Positions 24,626 to 37,815 of a stretch of DNA of 64,000 nucleotides are shown here, one piece after another; the first letter of the stretch is position 1, and each line of letters starts with the position of its first letter. Made by a program: the position numbers and the translations under genes. The notes below the pieces were generated by a model, which was not told where the DNA came from, ran no database searches, and saw only the letters and a list, made by a program, of their open reading frames with translations. The stretch is from Lama guanicoe. Lineage: Eukaryota. The stretch spans positions 4,403,992 through 4,467,991 of the forward strand of contig MU053561.1 in assembly GCA_013239625.1 (NCBI GenBank), given 5' to 3'.

Positions 24626-26399
24626 AAAGTATATTTAAACCTTTAGATAATAGAGATGTCAATTTAAATATTATTACCATGGCAATAAATTATTAAGACA
24701 ATCAGTCAAAATGACAGACTTTTTAGATGTTAAAGATTAATTTCATAGGCCACAGCAATAATCTGAATTCAGGGTATCTCAATTAGAATTAACATTTACG
24801 AGGAGAGTTTCATGATACAAGCTACTATCTGCTTTTCTAACTTTCTAGAAGACTAAACATTTCTTCTTATCTGGTTGAGATTTCTTTCACCATAATTATG
24901 AGGGTCTGTGGTTTTTCAAGGCCAACCTAGAAAGCCATTAGTTAGCAGCAACAGGGGAAAAAAAATAGGTCTTAGAACTCAAAACTTACCAACAACAGAG
25001 AAAAGGACAAAGGAGCAAAATAGGGTACTTAATAAATACAGTATGTGACATCTAATGCTTTACATCTATGCTTCCTAACCACAGAGTCTAGGTGTCTATA
25101 AAGCTTTACAATGTAAATTATTGGCAAATTTTTTCAGAGGTATCAAAGGGGTGGCATCAATAAGGTATAGCATAGATGTGTGGACAATGACTCAAGGATG
25201 CTGAGAGGGCCCTCAGGGTTAAGTATAGTTGAGTATCTCTGCCCTTGCCTCTGTTGTGGGCCACTGGGACCCTGTACTCTCACAATTCTAGGCAGGGTTT
25301 CTCAGATTCAGGGACAAGAATAAACCTGCTACCCTGTCTGTGTAATATGGCTACAGCAATGAGTATGGTACTAGAAGAGGTAGCAATAAAATTTCCCAGT
25401 CCTTCCCTCACTAGAGTTCATGTAAGTGTGGCAGGAATTTTGCCCTGTGGTCAGATTTAGATCATCAGATGATCACTGAGATAAGGTATATACTCTGAGA
25501 GAGGCAGAAGTAGAATAGCTGATAGGTCAGTCTAAGAGCTGAGATAAGGTAGGGAGACCCCAAATCACTTCCTGGCCCAAAAAGTAAGAGTGGAATGATA
25601 AGGAAGAAATGGAGTCAAGAAACAGAAGCCAGACAGAAATTAGATCAGAATAGAAATGAGTCAGAACCAGCAAAACAGATCTTGGACAAAATTTGTGAAA
25701 TTTCAGTGACCAACACCTAAGGTGCCTGAGCTTATTTTATTGGTTTGTTGATGGGTGGAATGTGGAAGTATTGAGATGGCTTGAAGATCAGAACTCGCTC
25801 CCACTTCTTCCCCCATCTAGAATCCATATTTTTATCTAGCCTTTTTTATTTTCCTTCCAACTAAGAAGAGTGAAATGTCTCTTATTCTAGTCAAGTCCAG
25901 CAGCTTTGCCTGTGTTCTTAACCTTATGTCTATCATCCCAAACAATAGTCAACAAAAATTTAAGCAGCTACTATGTCCCTTCTCCTGATTCTCCCTTCTG
26001 CAAATGTTCCCTTACTGTCTTGCATTTCTTTCTCCTTAACCTATAAAGCCTATAAACATGCTCAAGCATTGTTCACAAAAACAGGGGGGAAAAAAAACTC
26101 TGCCTTATTTCTGTATCCCCTTTTAATCATTACTAGAATCAAAAGATTAGCCAAGGGTTGGAGTTAACTGCTTGCATATGGCCTAAAAAGAGCAGTACAA
26201 AAGAATTAAGGGTGCTAGAGAGACAACAGTTCAAAGCACCAACCACAAGAGTCCAGTCTGGTCAGGGAAAAAAAATTATACCACAGGGAAAAAGTTTCAT
26301 AGATAGGGAGAATAAGTACACATTCAGAAATAGAAGAGCTGGACGAGGTCATAGACTGTCACAGAAGAAAATTTTGCTAGAACTGGATAGACTAAAACA

Positions 26400-27540
26400 A
26401 AGGTTGCAGTCAAAGAGTTAGACATTAAAGCTTAAAATATCTGATGAGGAACAATTTTTGGTTAATCATTAAGGGTGTGGCCATGGGTGGTCAAATAAAA
26501 TGAATGTCTCCAGAACTGAGGAGGCCAAGGAAGGATAGAACATTAGATGAATTGTCCACATGAACATGAAAGTCACCCAAGAGGAGGGCAAAATATGGAA
26601 TAATCAAAAAGATTGTAAGCCGACTCCTCAAATCTATGAATAAAGGAAAACACCTAAGTAGAAGGTCATTAATTGACAGCAATATGGAGAGACAGAAGAT
26701 TCTTCAGCTGGATGACTCAAATAAAGTGGAGGTTTTACACAAGCAAGTAAGAGTAATTGCTTGACAGTGTCACTGGGGAATTAGAATGACCAGCCTTGTT
26801 CTCAGCCCTAAATTGGGTGGGGCATAGAAGAATAACTACCCACCACTGAAAAGGCACTAAGAAGTTGTGGTGTCCTTGAGGGAAAGCTATTAAAGGAGAT
26901 GACTTGAGGTTGGGAGAAGACTGGTTGGAAGACTGTTGCTTTATCTGGGTGAGAAAGGATGAGAGCCCAGCCTACCCAGTAGCAGTGTGAATACAAAGAA
27001 GGAAAAATGTTTTAAAAATATAAAAGAGATAGATTGCTTTGATAATTCATTACATTTGAAGAATAAGTAGGAAAAATAAAGGATGACTTTCAGAATTCTG
27101 TTTTGGGCAAATGGGTATACGAATGTACTCTTCACTGAAACAAGAAAAGGAGCAGGTTTAGAAGCAAACAAGTTTATACTGTAGAGCACAGGGAAATATA
27201 TTCAATATCTTGTAGTAACCTATGGTGAAAAAGAAAATGAAAACGAATATATGTATGTTCCTATATGACTGAAATATTGTGTTGTACACCAGAAATTGAC
27301 ACAACATTGTAAGCTGACTGTACTTCAATTTTAAAAAAAAGATAATGAGACAGGTTTTAAACCATGTTACGTCTGTGGTTCCTGTAGGTTGTCCCTGTGG
27401 AAACATTCCATCAGCAAGCAAATATAAATATCCTAGGCTCATAAAAGAGATTTGGGATACACAGGTAGATTTGAGAACTACCATCATTGAATTGAAATTA
27501 AAGGCAAGTAAGTGAAAGAGATCACTTAAGGAGTCTTTTT
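26400..27540 (+). mobile_element. LINE-2 fragment with nested younger L1 3' end (about 27165-27340)
   Basis: ORF 26491-26682(-) has L2 endonuclease-like LLGDFHVHVDNSSN; nested L1 tail gtacaccagaaattgacacaacattgtaa...tacttcaattttaaaaaaaa. Confidence 0.65.
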
Positions 27541-28084
27541 GCTTTGTTTTAATCAATGAATGAAATTTCTTTACCTCTGTGTCTCTGCATTCTTTTTTTT
27601 CCTGTTGGTCAATGGTTCTGATTCTTTATTTTTGTCAAACTTTTTCCCCATCTCCCCATCTTGACAGTTATTGAATGTCTCCATGTGCCAGCTGCTGGGA
27701 ATACAAAGGTAAAAAGCCCAGTTCTCCTCCCCATCCCCTTCTCTGAGTTCTCACTACTGCTGTGACACTCTTGCCCCTTTCACCATGTTCCTAATCCTGT
27801 CACTACCTTCAATGATTTCTAAAAGTATGAACTCTTTCCCCTATTACAGTATAAACTCCCTAAGGGTGGCAACCTTGTGTCATTCTCTGCTGTAGTCTCA
27901 GATACTAAACAGTGCCTGATACAAAGAAGGCTCTCCGAAAGTATTTATTAAAGTTATTAATGGAAAAGAACAAAGTTTGACGTACAAGCTTGACAAGGTA
28001 AACTCACAAGCCAATATAACAGCACAAAAGTCATTGCTATTCTGGTTAAATTTGTTTTCAATTAATAATTGAATTAAAATAGAA

Positions 28085-28925
28085 AAAAAATAGGCAAGCA
28101 GAAAATAACCACTCCATCTCACACCTATTACAATGGCTATTTAAAAAACCCGACAGAATAGCAAATGTCTGCAAGAACATGAAGAAACTGGATGTAGAGA
28201 AATTACACACTGCTGGTGAAAATGTAAAATGGTGCAGCCACTGTGGAAAACAGTTTGGTTATTCCTCAAAATTTTTTAAAATGGAATTACCACACACCTC
28301 AGTAATTCCACTTCTGGGTATATACTCAAAAATAAATTTAAAGGAGGAACAAAAACATATTTATACATGTGTTCACTGCAGCATTATTCACAACAGCCCA
28401 AAATGGAAGCAACCCAAGGATCTATCAAAGGATAAATTGATAAACAAAATGTGGAATATATATGTATATGTGGGTGTGTGCATGTGTATGTGTATACATA
28501 TGTGTGTGTGTGTGTGTGTGTGTATAATTCAGCCTAAGAAAGGAAGGAAATTATGTACATGGATGAACCTTGAGGACAGTATGCCAAATGAAATAAGCCA
28601 GTCACAGAAATGACAACTATGATTTATATGATTCCACTTATATGGGGTATCCAAAGTAGTCAAATTCATAGAGACAGAAAGCAGAATAGAGGTTGCCAGG
28701 GGCCGAAGGGGAGGAAGGTAGAAAAGGGAGTTAAAGTTTAATGGGTACAGAGTTACAATTTTGCAAGATTAAAAAAGTTCTAGAGAGAAATGGTGGTGAT
28801 GGTTGCACAATATGAATGCACTTAATACATTAATACTGAACTGTCCTTTAAAAAATGATTAACATTGTAAACTTTGTGTATTTTACCACAATTTTTTTAA
28901 ATTAAAAAAAAATTTTTAAAAAAAA
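28085..28925 (+). mobile_element. LINE-1 (L1MB-like) 3' end with internal (TG)n
   Basis: ORF 28179-28613 resembles L1 ORF2 C-terminus (HTAGENVKWCSHCGKQ...KWKQPK); (TG)n at about 28501-28523. Confidence 0.85.
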
Positions 28926-28979
28926 CATAAAAACAACGATGACAAAGTAACAATCCACATCAGTCAAAACCAGTAAGGA

Positions 28980-29660
28980 AAGGAGAAACTCGGAGCAGCC
29001 CAGCCATAACTCAACTTGACCACCGGGCCATGGGAACAGGAAACCAAGGGCGTGGCAAGGGCAAGACTCTTGGGCTTTCGCAGGGCGAGGCTGCAAGGCA
29101 AGCCGCAGGTTAAAGCGAGTCACTGCCGGCTAGGCTGCCACTGCGCAAGCGCACATCGCAGCTCCCACCGAGGCGCCTTTTAAACGCACCCGGAAATGAC
29201 GTCTGTAACACTGAGCCCGGCTCAGGGAGGAGCTGACTGGTTCGCACAGGTGAGCGGTGCTGCGGCTCTGGTCCTGCGGCTGCAATGAGCTGCACCATCG
29301 AGAAGATTCTAACAGACGCTAAGACGCTGCTGGAGAGGCTGCGGGAGCACGATGCGGCCGCCGAGTCGCTGGTGGATCAGTCGGCGGCGCTGCACCGAAG
29401 GGTGGCCGCTATGCGGGAGGCGGGGACAGCGCTTCCGGACCAGGTCAGGCAGAGGGTAGGGGCCCGTGCCCTCAGGTTCTGGGCACTTGACGGGTGGAGG
29501 GTGAGATAAAGTGGGAACTCGGCCCGGAATTTTTCCTTGCTCTTAGAGGGAGGCGGTGAGACCTTTCAGCGGGGTCGGGGCTGAGAAAGCTTCCCTGGAG
29601 CTCTGCCTCCTACCTCTTCAGTTGCACCTGCGGCTGTTTTGTTTACGGCGCGATTAGTCT
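28980..29660 (+). promoter_or_regulatory. SIKE1: SIKE1 CpG-island promoter with NRF1-like site (29142-29153) and ETS/CRE overlap (29190-29203)
   Basis: CpG-rich stretch spanning exon 1; TGCGCAAGCGCA; CCGGAAATGACGTC. Confidence 0.75.
29285..29443 (+). CDS. SIKE1: SIKE1 exon 1 coding part (alternative donor extends to 29455, adding VRQR)
   Basis: ATG at 29285; donors CAG|GTCAGG and AGG|GTAGGG. Confidence 0.95.
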
Positions 29661-32600
29661 GTCTCTGTTTGTCCAGTATCAAGAGGATGCATCCGATATA
29701 AAGGACATGTCCAAATACAAACCTCACATTCTGCTGTCCCAAGAGAATACACAGATTAGAGACTTGCAGCAGGAAAACAGAGGTTAGTCAGGCCTTTTTG
29801 TGTAGTTATGATTTTCTACTATCCAGTAATATTTCAGAAGTTCTTACAAACTGTTCACAAAAGCGCACATGCTATATGTTATTTCCAGGTCAGTACTTTT
29901 AACAGGAACGTTATCTTGTGCTGGCCCAGTAAATAACAGTTTGTTACATTACCCTTTTGAAGGTCATCTGACTGGTTTTGTATAGGCAGCTTATCAAAGA
30001 GGTGCTTAGTAGAGTTCAATTACTGCATGACTTATCTAGGTGTCTCCAGATGGAGGCTTGCATAACAAAAGAATTAATGTCTTTCAGGGCTTAAATTCTA
30101 GTGTTTAAATATTAACTGAAATAAACATTAAAACTAAGATTGAAGGTTTTTTAATGTTCTTGTACAGGGTGGAAGAGCTAAGTTTTATTATCAGGTGTAT
30201 TTTCTTGGGCTTGATGAATACATTATTATTGACAGCGTGAATAGTTACTTGTATATGGGTTTACAGAGGGCTTTCACGTATATCATCCCATTATATTCCT
30301 ATGTCTTCATTTTGGTGTAGATAAGCCAGGTATTTATTATGACAAGGCAGATGAGAAATGGGCTCAGAAAAGTTAAATGATTTGCTGAAGGGTAGTAAGA
30401 CCGTAACTCAGAGAACTGAACTTAAATTCATGTCTTCTGATGCCACATCCCATGTTATTTCTACCAGACTATACTGCCTCTGCCTAGAAAGTTATTTTTC
30501 ACATAGCCCGTAACTATAAAGTTTTGTGGATTTACAACTTTGGATTCATAATATCTCATGGAGTGTCACGAAGTTCCAGTTGTTTACATTTGGATTTCGG
30601 AGCTCTCTCTCAGATATCACTGCCAAGTTATTTTATTTTTTTGATAGAGCTATGGGTTTCCTTGGAGGAACACCAGGATGCTTTGGAACTCATCATGAGC
30701 AAATACCGGAAACAGATGTTACAATTAATGGTTGCTAAAAAAGCAGTGGATGCTGAACCAGTCTTGAAAGCCCACCAGTCTCACTCTGCAGTAAGAATCT
30801 TTAATGAATAACTTCGAAATGAACTGAATTAAAATCTTGAAATTGTTTTAGATTCTGTGCATGCTTTTGAAGAAAAGTCAGCTTGTTTTCCTTTCATGTT
30901 TATCACATTTGCTGTTGGTTTTTATATAGCTTTGTGAAAATAGGAATAGAAAGAAGTGGGTAAGGGACTTCTTAGGGCTTTTTGTTTGAGTAAGTCTGAA
31001 GTTCCTCTCTCACCAAGATCTCTTTTCAAGATGTTAATGAATACTTAGTTCTTCCACCAAACAGCATGCCAATTAGTGTTTAAGGTACAGTAAATACTTG
31101 GGTGATTATTATCATACATTTCACTAAATTGTAAGCTCCTTGGTTGTAAAGAGCATGAATTCATCTTTAATCCCTAACATAGTACCTAGTACATAGCAGG
31201 CTGTCTCTAACCTTTATTAAACTGAACTACATAGCATCATACTGTGTTGTTAGGAGAGAGAGGTATAGTTAAAAAAAAAATACATGACATAGTTTCTAAG
31301 TTTTGGTTGCTTATGATTTAATTTGGGAGACCCAGTAATTGTTCTTAAGTTTGTAGAGTGCTTCACAGTTGTCATTGTGCATTTACATGTACTATATCAT
31401 TTAATCCTGGATTAATAGATTGACACCTCACTATTTGCTACAGTAGAACTTATGAAAGATAAGTTTCATTTTAGCTTCCATTGAAAACATTTTACTGACT
31501 TTAACTAAAGTCATAGGGTACAGGATATTTCAAATATGTGAATGGCTTTCATCTGGATGAGAAACTTTATTATCTGTAGTCTGGAGGAGAAAATTTGAAC
31601 CTTGAAGGAGACAGTTTAGCTCATGTGAGAAACTTGCTAAGAGATATGTCCAAAGATTGAATAAGGTACCTTAGAATGTGGTAAGCTTCCTACCAATGAA
31701 AGTATTCAAATTTAAATTCAACTGCCATTTAGATATTGTCTGGGTGAAAACCAGGAATCCTAACTGCTAGACCATGTTGGGGAGGACTAGAGATACTATC
31801 CAACATCCAATGGGTGGCTATATTTTTTGAAAACAAATTACCCATGAATATCACAAGATAACTTTATTATGGCTTTACATCTGAGGACTTAGATTACAGT
31901 GAAACTCCTGTGTAACCTCGGTAGCATAAACAAAATGAACTTATAACATCGTAATGCACATGTTCTCATGAACTTCCTATCTGTAAAAAAAAAAAAAAAC
32001 TTTTCACCTATCTTCACAGGAAATTGAGAGTCAGATTGACAGAATCTGTGAAATGGGAGAAGTGATGAGGAAAGCTGTTCAGATGGATGATGACCAGTTT
32101 TGTAAGATTCAAGAAAAACTAGCTCAGTTAGAGGTAAGATTGTTTCTATTTTAGGTTCACAATATCTTAGGAAGTTTTCATAGAGTCTGAAAGGTACGCC
32201 ATTGCTATCCTATCACTGCAATATATTGATGTTTTCTGTGTGCTCTAATTTAAAATTAAAACACATCCTCCATGCCCTTTTCAAGAAAGGAAATGTAATC
32301 AGCAGCAAACAGTGAAAATGTGAACTATGTATTGGCTAGAAATTGAGGTATTATATCAAGAGGGTAGAGAGGGTGGAAGGGACAGATTACATGTGAGCTA
32401 AAATCCTCATCTGCCATAAAAGAAACTCAAATAGATAATGTCTAAACTTGATGATCAGGAAATAGCAGTGCAGGGCACATTATTTAGAATTATGGAAATA
32501 CCAAAAGAAATAGATAAAAATATTAAAAGTGGTTGCCTTTAGGAAACAAAGCCAAGAGACTGCTAATTTATAAACCTTACAGTCTTGATTTTTTAAAAGC

Positions 32601-33861
32601 TATTTTCATGTAATATTTTGATTAAAATGGGAATAATTTACAAAGAAAGGCCTAGGGTGTTAGTGTGCCCCTACAATTATTAAGGAAAACCATTACAGTA
32701 GATGATTTGAATGTTCCTTATTACAAGATGCTGTCGTGGGCCATTTGAGAAATACCAGAGAGAAAGAGATAGGGCCCCTCCTCAGAGTCTAGTGAAAGGA
32801 ATAAGACTAGTACGTTTTTGGTATCAAATGGTATATAAGTGCTAGGAGAGAGATACAGAGTATTAAGGGAAGCACTTTATATGACACAGATATAATGACC
32901 ATGGGCTCTAACTCTTGGTGGAGTTAATACTGAAAATACTCTGGTTTACCAGAATTTCCTGCAGAGAGGATAAACAGTGCAAGCTGCCCTGTGTGGAAAT
33001 CAAAAGGAGTGGCAAATCAAGTAGGATTTTGGAGTTAGTTAAAATGATAGAATGACATTGTCAACACCACCCCTAATTTACCTCAGTTACAGAAACAGCC
33101 CAAAAGACATGCAGGACAAAGTTTACTTAATAGTTTAAGTGGAAGAAACCTGGGCATCAGATTGAGACCCTAGCATTACCACATCCAAGTTGTCTGAGTT
33201 TGGACAAGTTTTTGGACTTTTGTGAGCCCCAGTGTCCTCATCTCAGTGTCCACATCTCAGTGTCCAGTGTCCTCACTGGAGAGTATGGATGTAGGCAAGG
33301 GTACCTACCCTACACATGGTTATGAGATAAGATATGGAAGACAGCCACGTGGTACCTGGCTGTGTGTCCAGTAATTCTTCCCTTTCCTTCCTTTCTCCAA
33401 CTGTAGGACATTGGAGAGAATATTGAGGAGAGTGAAACTATTATTAGGAATTTGAAAGATAGAAGAAACAGTAGTAAAACTTGTGGGAACCATGAAGAGT
33501 TTGACAAGAAGTGAAATTTCTCAAGTGGAGAGGGACCTTGTTTTTTGCTTTGTAGACCTAATCTACGGCATATAGAAATTACTCAGTAAATGCTTCTTAA
33601 ATGAATAACTAAGTATTTTAGGAAATTCTCAGTTCTTCTGTTTCCTTAAGCCTTTTAAAATTAAAATAATATGCTTTCTGTTTCTGGCCCAAAACAATGT
33701 GTTCTGATGCAATTTGACAGTCAAAATAACTGAAATGAACATATACTTTTTTTTTCCAGCTTGAAAATAAGGAACTTCGAGAATTATTGTCCATCAGCAG
33801 TGAGTCTCTTCACATTAGGAAGGAAAACTCAGTGGACACAGCTTCCCAAGCCATCAAATAA
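29285..33861 (+). CDS. SIKE1: Suppressor of IKBKE 1; join(29285..29443,29677..29782,30648..30790,32020..32133,33760..33861), 207 aa
   Basis: Exons sum to 624 nt in frame with GT-AG junctions; protein [32 protein letters not shown]...[12 protein letters not shown] is recognisably SIKE1. Confidence 0.97.
29677..29782 (+). CDS. SIKE1: SIKE1 exon 2
   Basis: gtccag|TATCAAGAG...AGAG|gttagt; [35 protein letters not shown]. Confidence 0.95.
30648..30790 (+). CDS. SIKE1: SIKE1 exon 3
   Basis: gatag|AGCTATGG...GCA|gtaaga; [48 protein letters not shown]. Confidence 0.95.
31740..31783 (-). pseudogene. tRNA-Glu(TTC) 5'-half retrocopy
   Basis: Reverse strand CCAACATGGTCTAGCAGTTAGGATTCCTGGTTTTCACCCAG matches the 5' half of tRNA-Glu-TTC through the anticodon arm; 3' half absent. 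Confidence 0.8.
32020..32133 (+). CDS. SIKE1: SIKE1 exon 4
   Basis: cacag|GAAATTGAG...TTAGAG|gtaaga; [38 protein letters not shown]. Confidence 0.95.
33760..33861 (+). CDS. SIKE1: SIKE1 exon 5 coding part
   Basis: ttccag|CTTGAAAAT...[42 protein letters not shown]. Confidence 0.95.
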   Translation, partial: LENKELRELLSISSESLHIRKENSVDTASQAIK

Positions 33862-35850
33862 TTCAACTTCTGAATGACCACTGGAGATTGCTTATCAAGG
33901 AAGGAACTTACCTCTCTATTCAAATATCATCCATTTACTCTCTTGCCTCACACTTGATTTAGTGTTGATTAAATGTATCAAGTGGTAGGTTAGAATTCTC
34001 AGTCAAAAGTAGCTGTCCACAAAAGCAGTTTTTGGGTGTGTTTGTGAAAATACAGAATTTCACCATTCCTTTCTCTAAGAGACTATTTTTAATTTTCATT
34101 TCTGGGACCTCGGTTTATATAAACTGTTTTCAATTCATTTTTGTCCTTTCATATCTCTGAAACTTAAGAGCATTTTATTATAAGTCAGCAATTTTATTTT
34201 ATATAGGCTTGTAAATTGCAATTCTAAAAAATTTTAAAAAGATATTAGCTTTTAAAATCTATTTGGCATAAACTTGGATTGTTTTTTTTTTTTCTATTTG
34301 AGAAAAATAATACAATTCCACAGAAGGAGATTGGCAGATTCTCTAACTTGTCATGTCATTCACCTTTTATGAAGTTTTAAGTCTCTCTGGTGCTAAGAGT
34401 TGGCACTTTATGGCCTAGTGTCTTTACTCTTAATTTGAGAGAACCTATTGCTAGTCCCCAGGAAGCATACTTGAAAATAAGTCAACTGTTTTTTTCCAGT
34501 GGTAGTGTAATCATTGTATTGTTCAAAGAATGCTGAGAAATTTGTTCTGTGTGTGTATGTGTACACGTGCTATTAGTTCAGATGCTAGAAGTAGCTTTTA
34601 TTTATTCTATTTGATATTAGTAGTCCATTTTTTCAGTTTTGTCCTACTAGGAAATCTTCAACGTGGGTAGTTTATCCAGTGTGAAGTACATATAATGGGT
34701 TTATTCACATCATAGTTCTTAGGTACTACATTCTATAATTTAACTTATACATAACTTCTGTTTTATAATTAAGAACCATCACTTACTTGGATGTCTTTCA
34801 TTACTAGTACTAGTAGTTGGCTTTCTTTTTAGGTCCAATTTTCACCAGGAAGCAAAGTTTTATCACCTGATTAGAGTTATTACAGTCAGTGCTGTGTAGA
34901 CAACAAAACAATGTTGAGATTCAAATTCTAAATGGTCAGCTAGGCTCGCTTATGAACTCATTCCCCCATCTCAGTTTACTCACATTTCAAATTTACAAAT
35001 TACTTCATGTAATACTATCAATCTAGGTTTGCCCAGAAGTAATTGAAATAATGAATGCTAAATCTGTCAGTGTTTTCCAATAACACCAAGTACTACTCTG
35101 CATGGGAGAGACGAATTGTTAGAGTTTTTTGTTGGTGCCTTGTGTGGTGTAAACTTCCTTTTGTACTGCCATAAAGAACTCCAGTCAAAACAACAAAATG
35201 TGTCCAAGATATCCTAAAAGCATCTGATCCCAGTGAAACTAGTGGACTTTGCCTGAATTAATTGGTATATGTCATTTTAGAATTTGTCAAATTTCTATTC
35301 AAAGCTCTGCAAAATACTTCCACCCACATGTGGGCATTTTTTTTAATCTCACTTCCCAAGAGTAAGTAAACTTTTAGTCTAGCCATTTGCCTTGACGTAT
35401 ATAACCTAAGTGCCACTGTATGTCCCACAATTCCATTCAGGAGGCAGGTACCCTATGCCATTTGTCAGCTGCCATGGTCAGTTTTCAGTGAAAATGATAA
35501 AGTAATCAGATGGCCCACTAAAGTGTAACATATGTCTCTTTCTCTACTTTATGTTCTTTCAGAGTTGTTTGTAAAGTTCTTTACATTTCAGGTATCAGGA
35601 TAAATCTGTATGTTGACTTTTCTCCCTGGCAAATCAAGAGCTCTCAGCACCCTACATAATATAAATTCTAGCTGGTGTTAATGCTATGAAAATAGTATGT
35701 AGTTAGAAGACAGAAGAGAAGAAGGAATGTTCTTGACTTTGAGTGGGTATTAAAGTTTCTTTTGCAGTGGATGATGGAACCTGACTGGTTTGCAAAATTT
35801 TAATACAAACTTATTTTTTTAATAAAAATCTCATTTTGAGAATATCAGCT
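33862..35850 (+). other. SIKE1: SIKE1 3'UTR up to a candidate poly(A) signal AATAAA at 35821-35826 (true end uncertain)
   Basis: Repeat-poor AT-rich sequence after the stop; further AATAAA at about 36726, 37134 and 37755. Confidence 0.5.
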
Positions 35851-37284
35851 AATTTTACTCAGTAATGAGTCTAATTACTAGGAAGTGCAAAGGTTTATTT
35901 TTCACTTATATGGCAACCTGTTAAGTAGACAAGGGTTTTCATAAATACTTTGTAATTAGCACAATGTAGTCAGTAGTATAACTCTACAAGTAGTTGTTCC
36001 TGAAATGGCTTTAGAGATTTCCTCATGATTAGAAGTCATTAATTATATGATTATAAGCCAAATTATGAAATTAAAAGTTTAGAAGTATCTTAGAAAAATG
36101 CTTAAATATTATCAATATTTATCTTTATTACTTTATATTAATACATTATGAATAATTTGATTCAGACATTGAAGGTCTATTTCAGTGTTCCTCGAATGTG
36201 GCTCGCTGTCCTACTGAAATAGAAATTTGGGAATGGAACCTAGGAATTTGTATTTTAATAATCATCGTAGATAACTTCTAAGGACACATTTGGAATTACA
36301 AATTTAAAAAAGGAGGGGGAGACCTTGACTGTTCTTGAAGAAAAATCTGGTAGAGGAGGCAAATAATGTGGTAAATTCAATACAAGGATGTATAGAGTAG
36401 AGGAGGGACTATTACAACTTGAGAATCCAGTAGAGACAAAAATGGGTAGGTGAACTAGAAAGCGTGGTGCTTTCTAGTTATTATATAACCCCTATTTCAA
36501 CTGTACCTCATTTTACAGATACTCAGGTGCAAGGAGGTTATGTTATTTTTCCAAACTGAAACCAAGTTTTAAACCCAGGTAGACTTTTAAACATTCTTAA
36601 CCATTGAGATTCCTTTAAATGCCAAATACTGTTCAGAGCTTAGGTGGTTCTTGATTAGCAAAATCTATTTATGAATAGTGCAAAAGAAATGCTGCAGCCC
36701 ATATATTAGAAAATACCATGAATTTAATAAATGGAGTCTTAACTAATGAGACCGAATTGTCATCTGTTTTCTGGAATGGTGTAGCTGAGAGTATGTATGC
36801 ATGTAACTGAAAGGAACAATACTTAATCAGTGGTCCTTACTATGTACAGGAAAGGGTGCAGTTCTGCCTTTCAAATCTGCCTTCTTAGCATGTTCTTCAT
36901 CCTTCATGCTATTTTCTTGTGGTTGTAAGAAGGCTGCTGCTGTGCCAGATGATGAAGCAGGAAAAAAAAGGGGGGAGAAGGGTAGGGAATGGCCTATGTC
37001 AGCTACATGTATTCCCTTTTATGAGGAAAAGCAAAGCTTTCCCATAAATTCCAGATTTCTCCTTGTCCTATTTGCCTGACCTGTTAAATGGTCACTTCTA
37101 GCAGCAAAGGAGGTAGGGTATATAGTTGCCCCAAATAAAATCAGTATTCTATTAGCAAAGAGGAGAGAGTATTGAGAAAGCAACTAACAATGTCTGACAC
37201 AAGTCTTCTTGCATTGCATAGTTTTTAACAAGAGTAAGCATTAGCTGAAGGAGTGTGTTGATACTGAGTGGCCAAGGAAGGGGC

Positions 37285-37815
37285 TGTGGAAGACATTCCG
37301 CATCTGCCATTTCATTGCTTCTTGGCTGCCCGTTATTCTAGCTCCTACCCTATATTTAGGGAATCCCTCACCTAATGAGACAGAGCCTTTCTCCCTCCTA
37401 AAAAAAAAATCTGAAAGTGTAAGATACTTGTTTTCCCAGCCTCCTTTGCAGCCAGGAAAGCTACCTCTGACTTAAACCTAAAAGTCAGTGATACAAAGAA
37501 GCAGGGAACTGCAGAATTCTTTGAGTAAAGGCCATGACACAACACTGGCAACTACATCTAGCTCCACAGAAGAGCAGCAAAAGTGGCTTAATGACAACAC
37601 TGCATCCAGTGTCAGGTGAAAGCTGCAGTGTTTGCCCAACAGTGGACACAGTGGAATCTTCACTGAAGCAATTATCTGAAATGATTAGAGGCTTTGTAGC
37701 CTCTTCTGGTTTTGTGTCTGTCCTGAAGATCCTGAGGATTACTTATTAGCCTTTAATAAAATCACTTTTTGTTAAATTAACCTGAATGGCCTATAATTAA
37801 GAACACTTATTGATA
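37285..37815 (+). mobile_element. ERVL-type solo LTR (LTR33-like)
   Basis: ttcccagcctcctttgcagccagg motif and aataaaatcactttttgttaaattaacc 3' segment. Confidence 0.5.

Noticed and set aside
471..28613. Many 60-144 aa ORFs in the ORF track
   Set aside because: They lie in L1/L2/LTR repeats or are chance ORFs with no splice structure; only 21302-21487, 22045-22278 and 22221-22430 were informative, as Gypsy relic pieces
29444..29509. Read-through extensions of ORF-track calls past splice sites (also 30524-30647, 59689-59742, 59942-60030)
   Set aside because: Intronic sequence beyond clear GT/AG boundaries, with no similarity to the known proteins apart from the 12-nt alternative donor
33230..33275. 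Short repeats of CAGTGTCC/CATCT
   Set aside because: Slippage within a MIR-like fragment; no regular repeat-spacer structure
34802..34815. 14-bp palindrome TACTAGTACTAGTA in SIKE1 3'UTR
   Set aside because: Low-complexity hexamer repeat; no evidence of function
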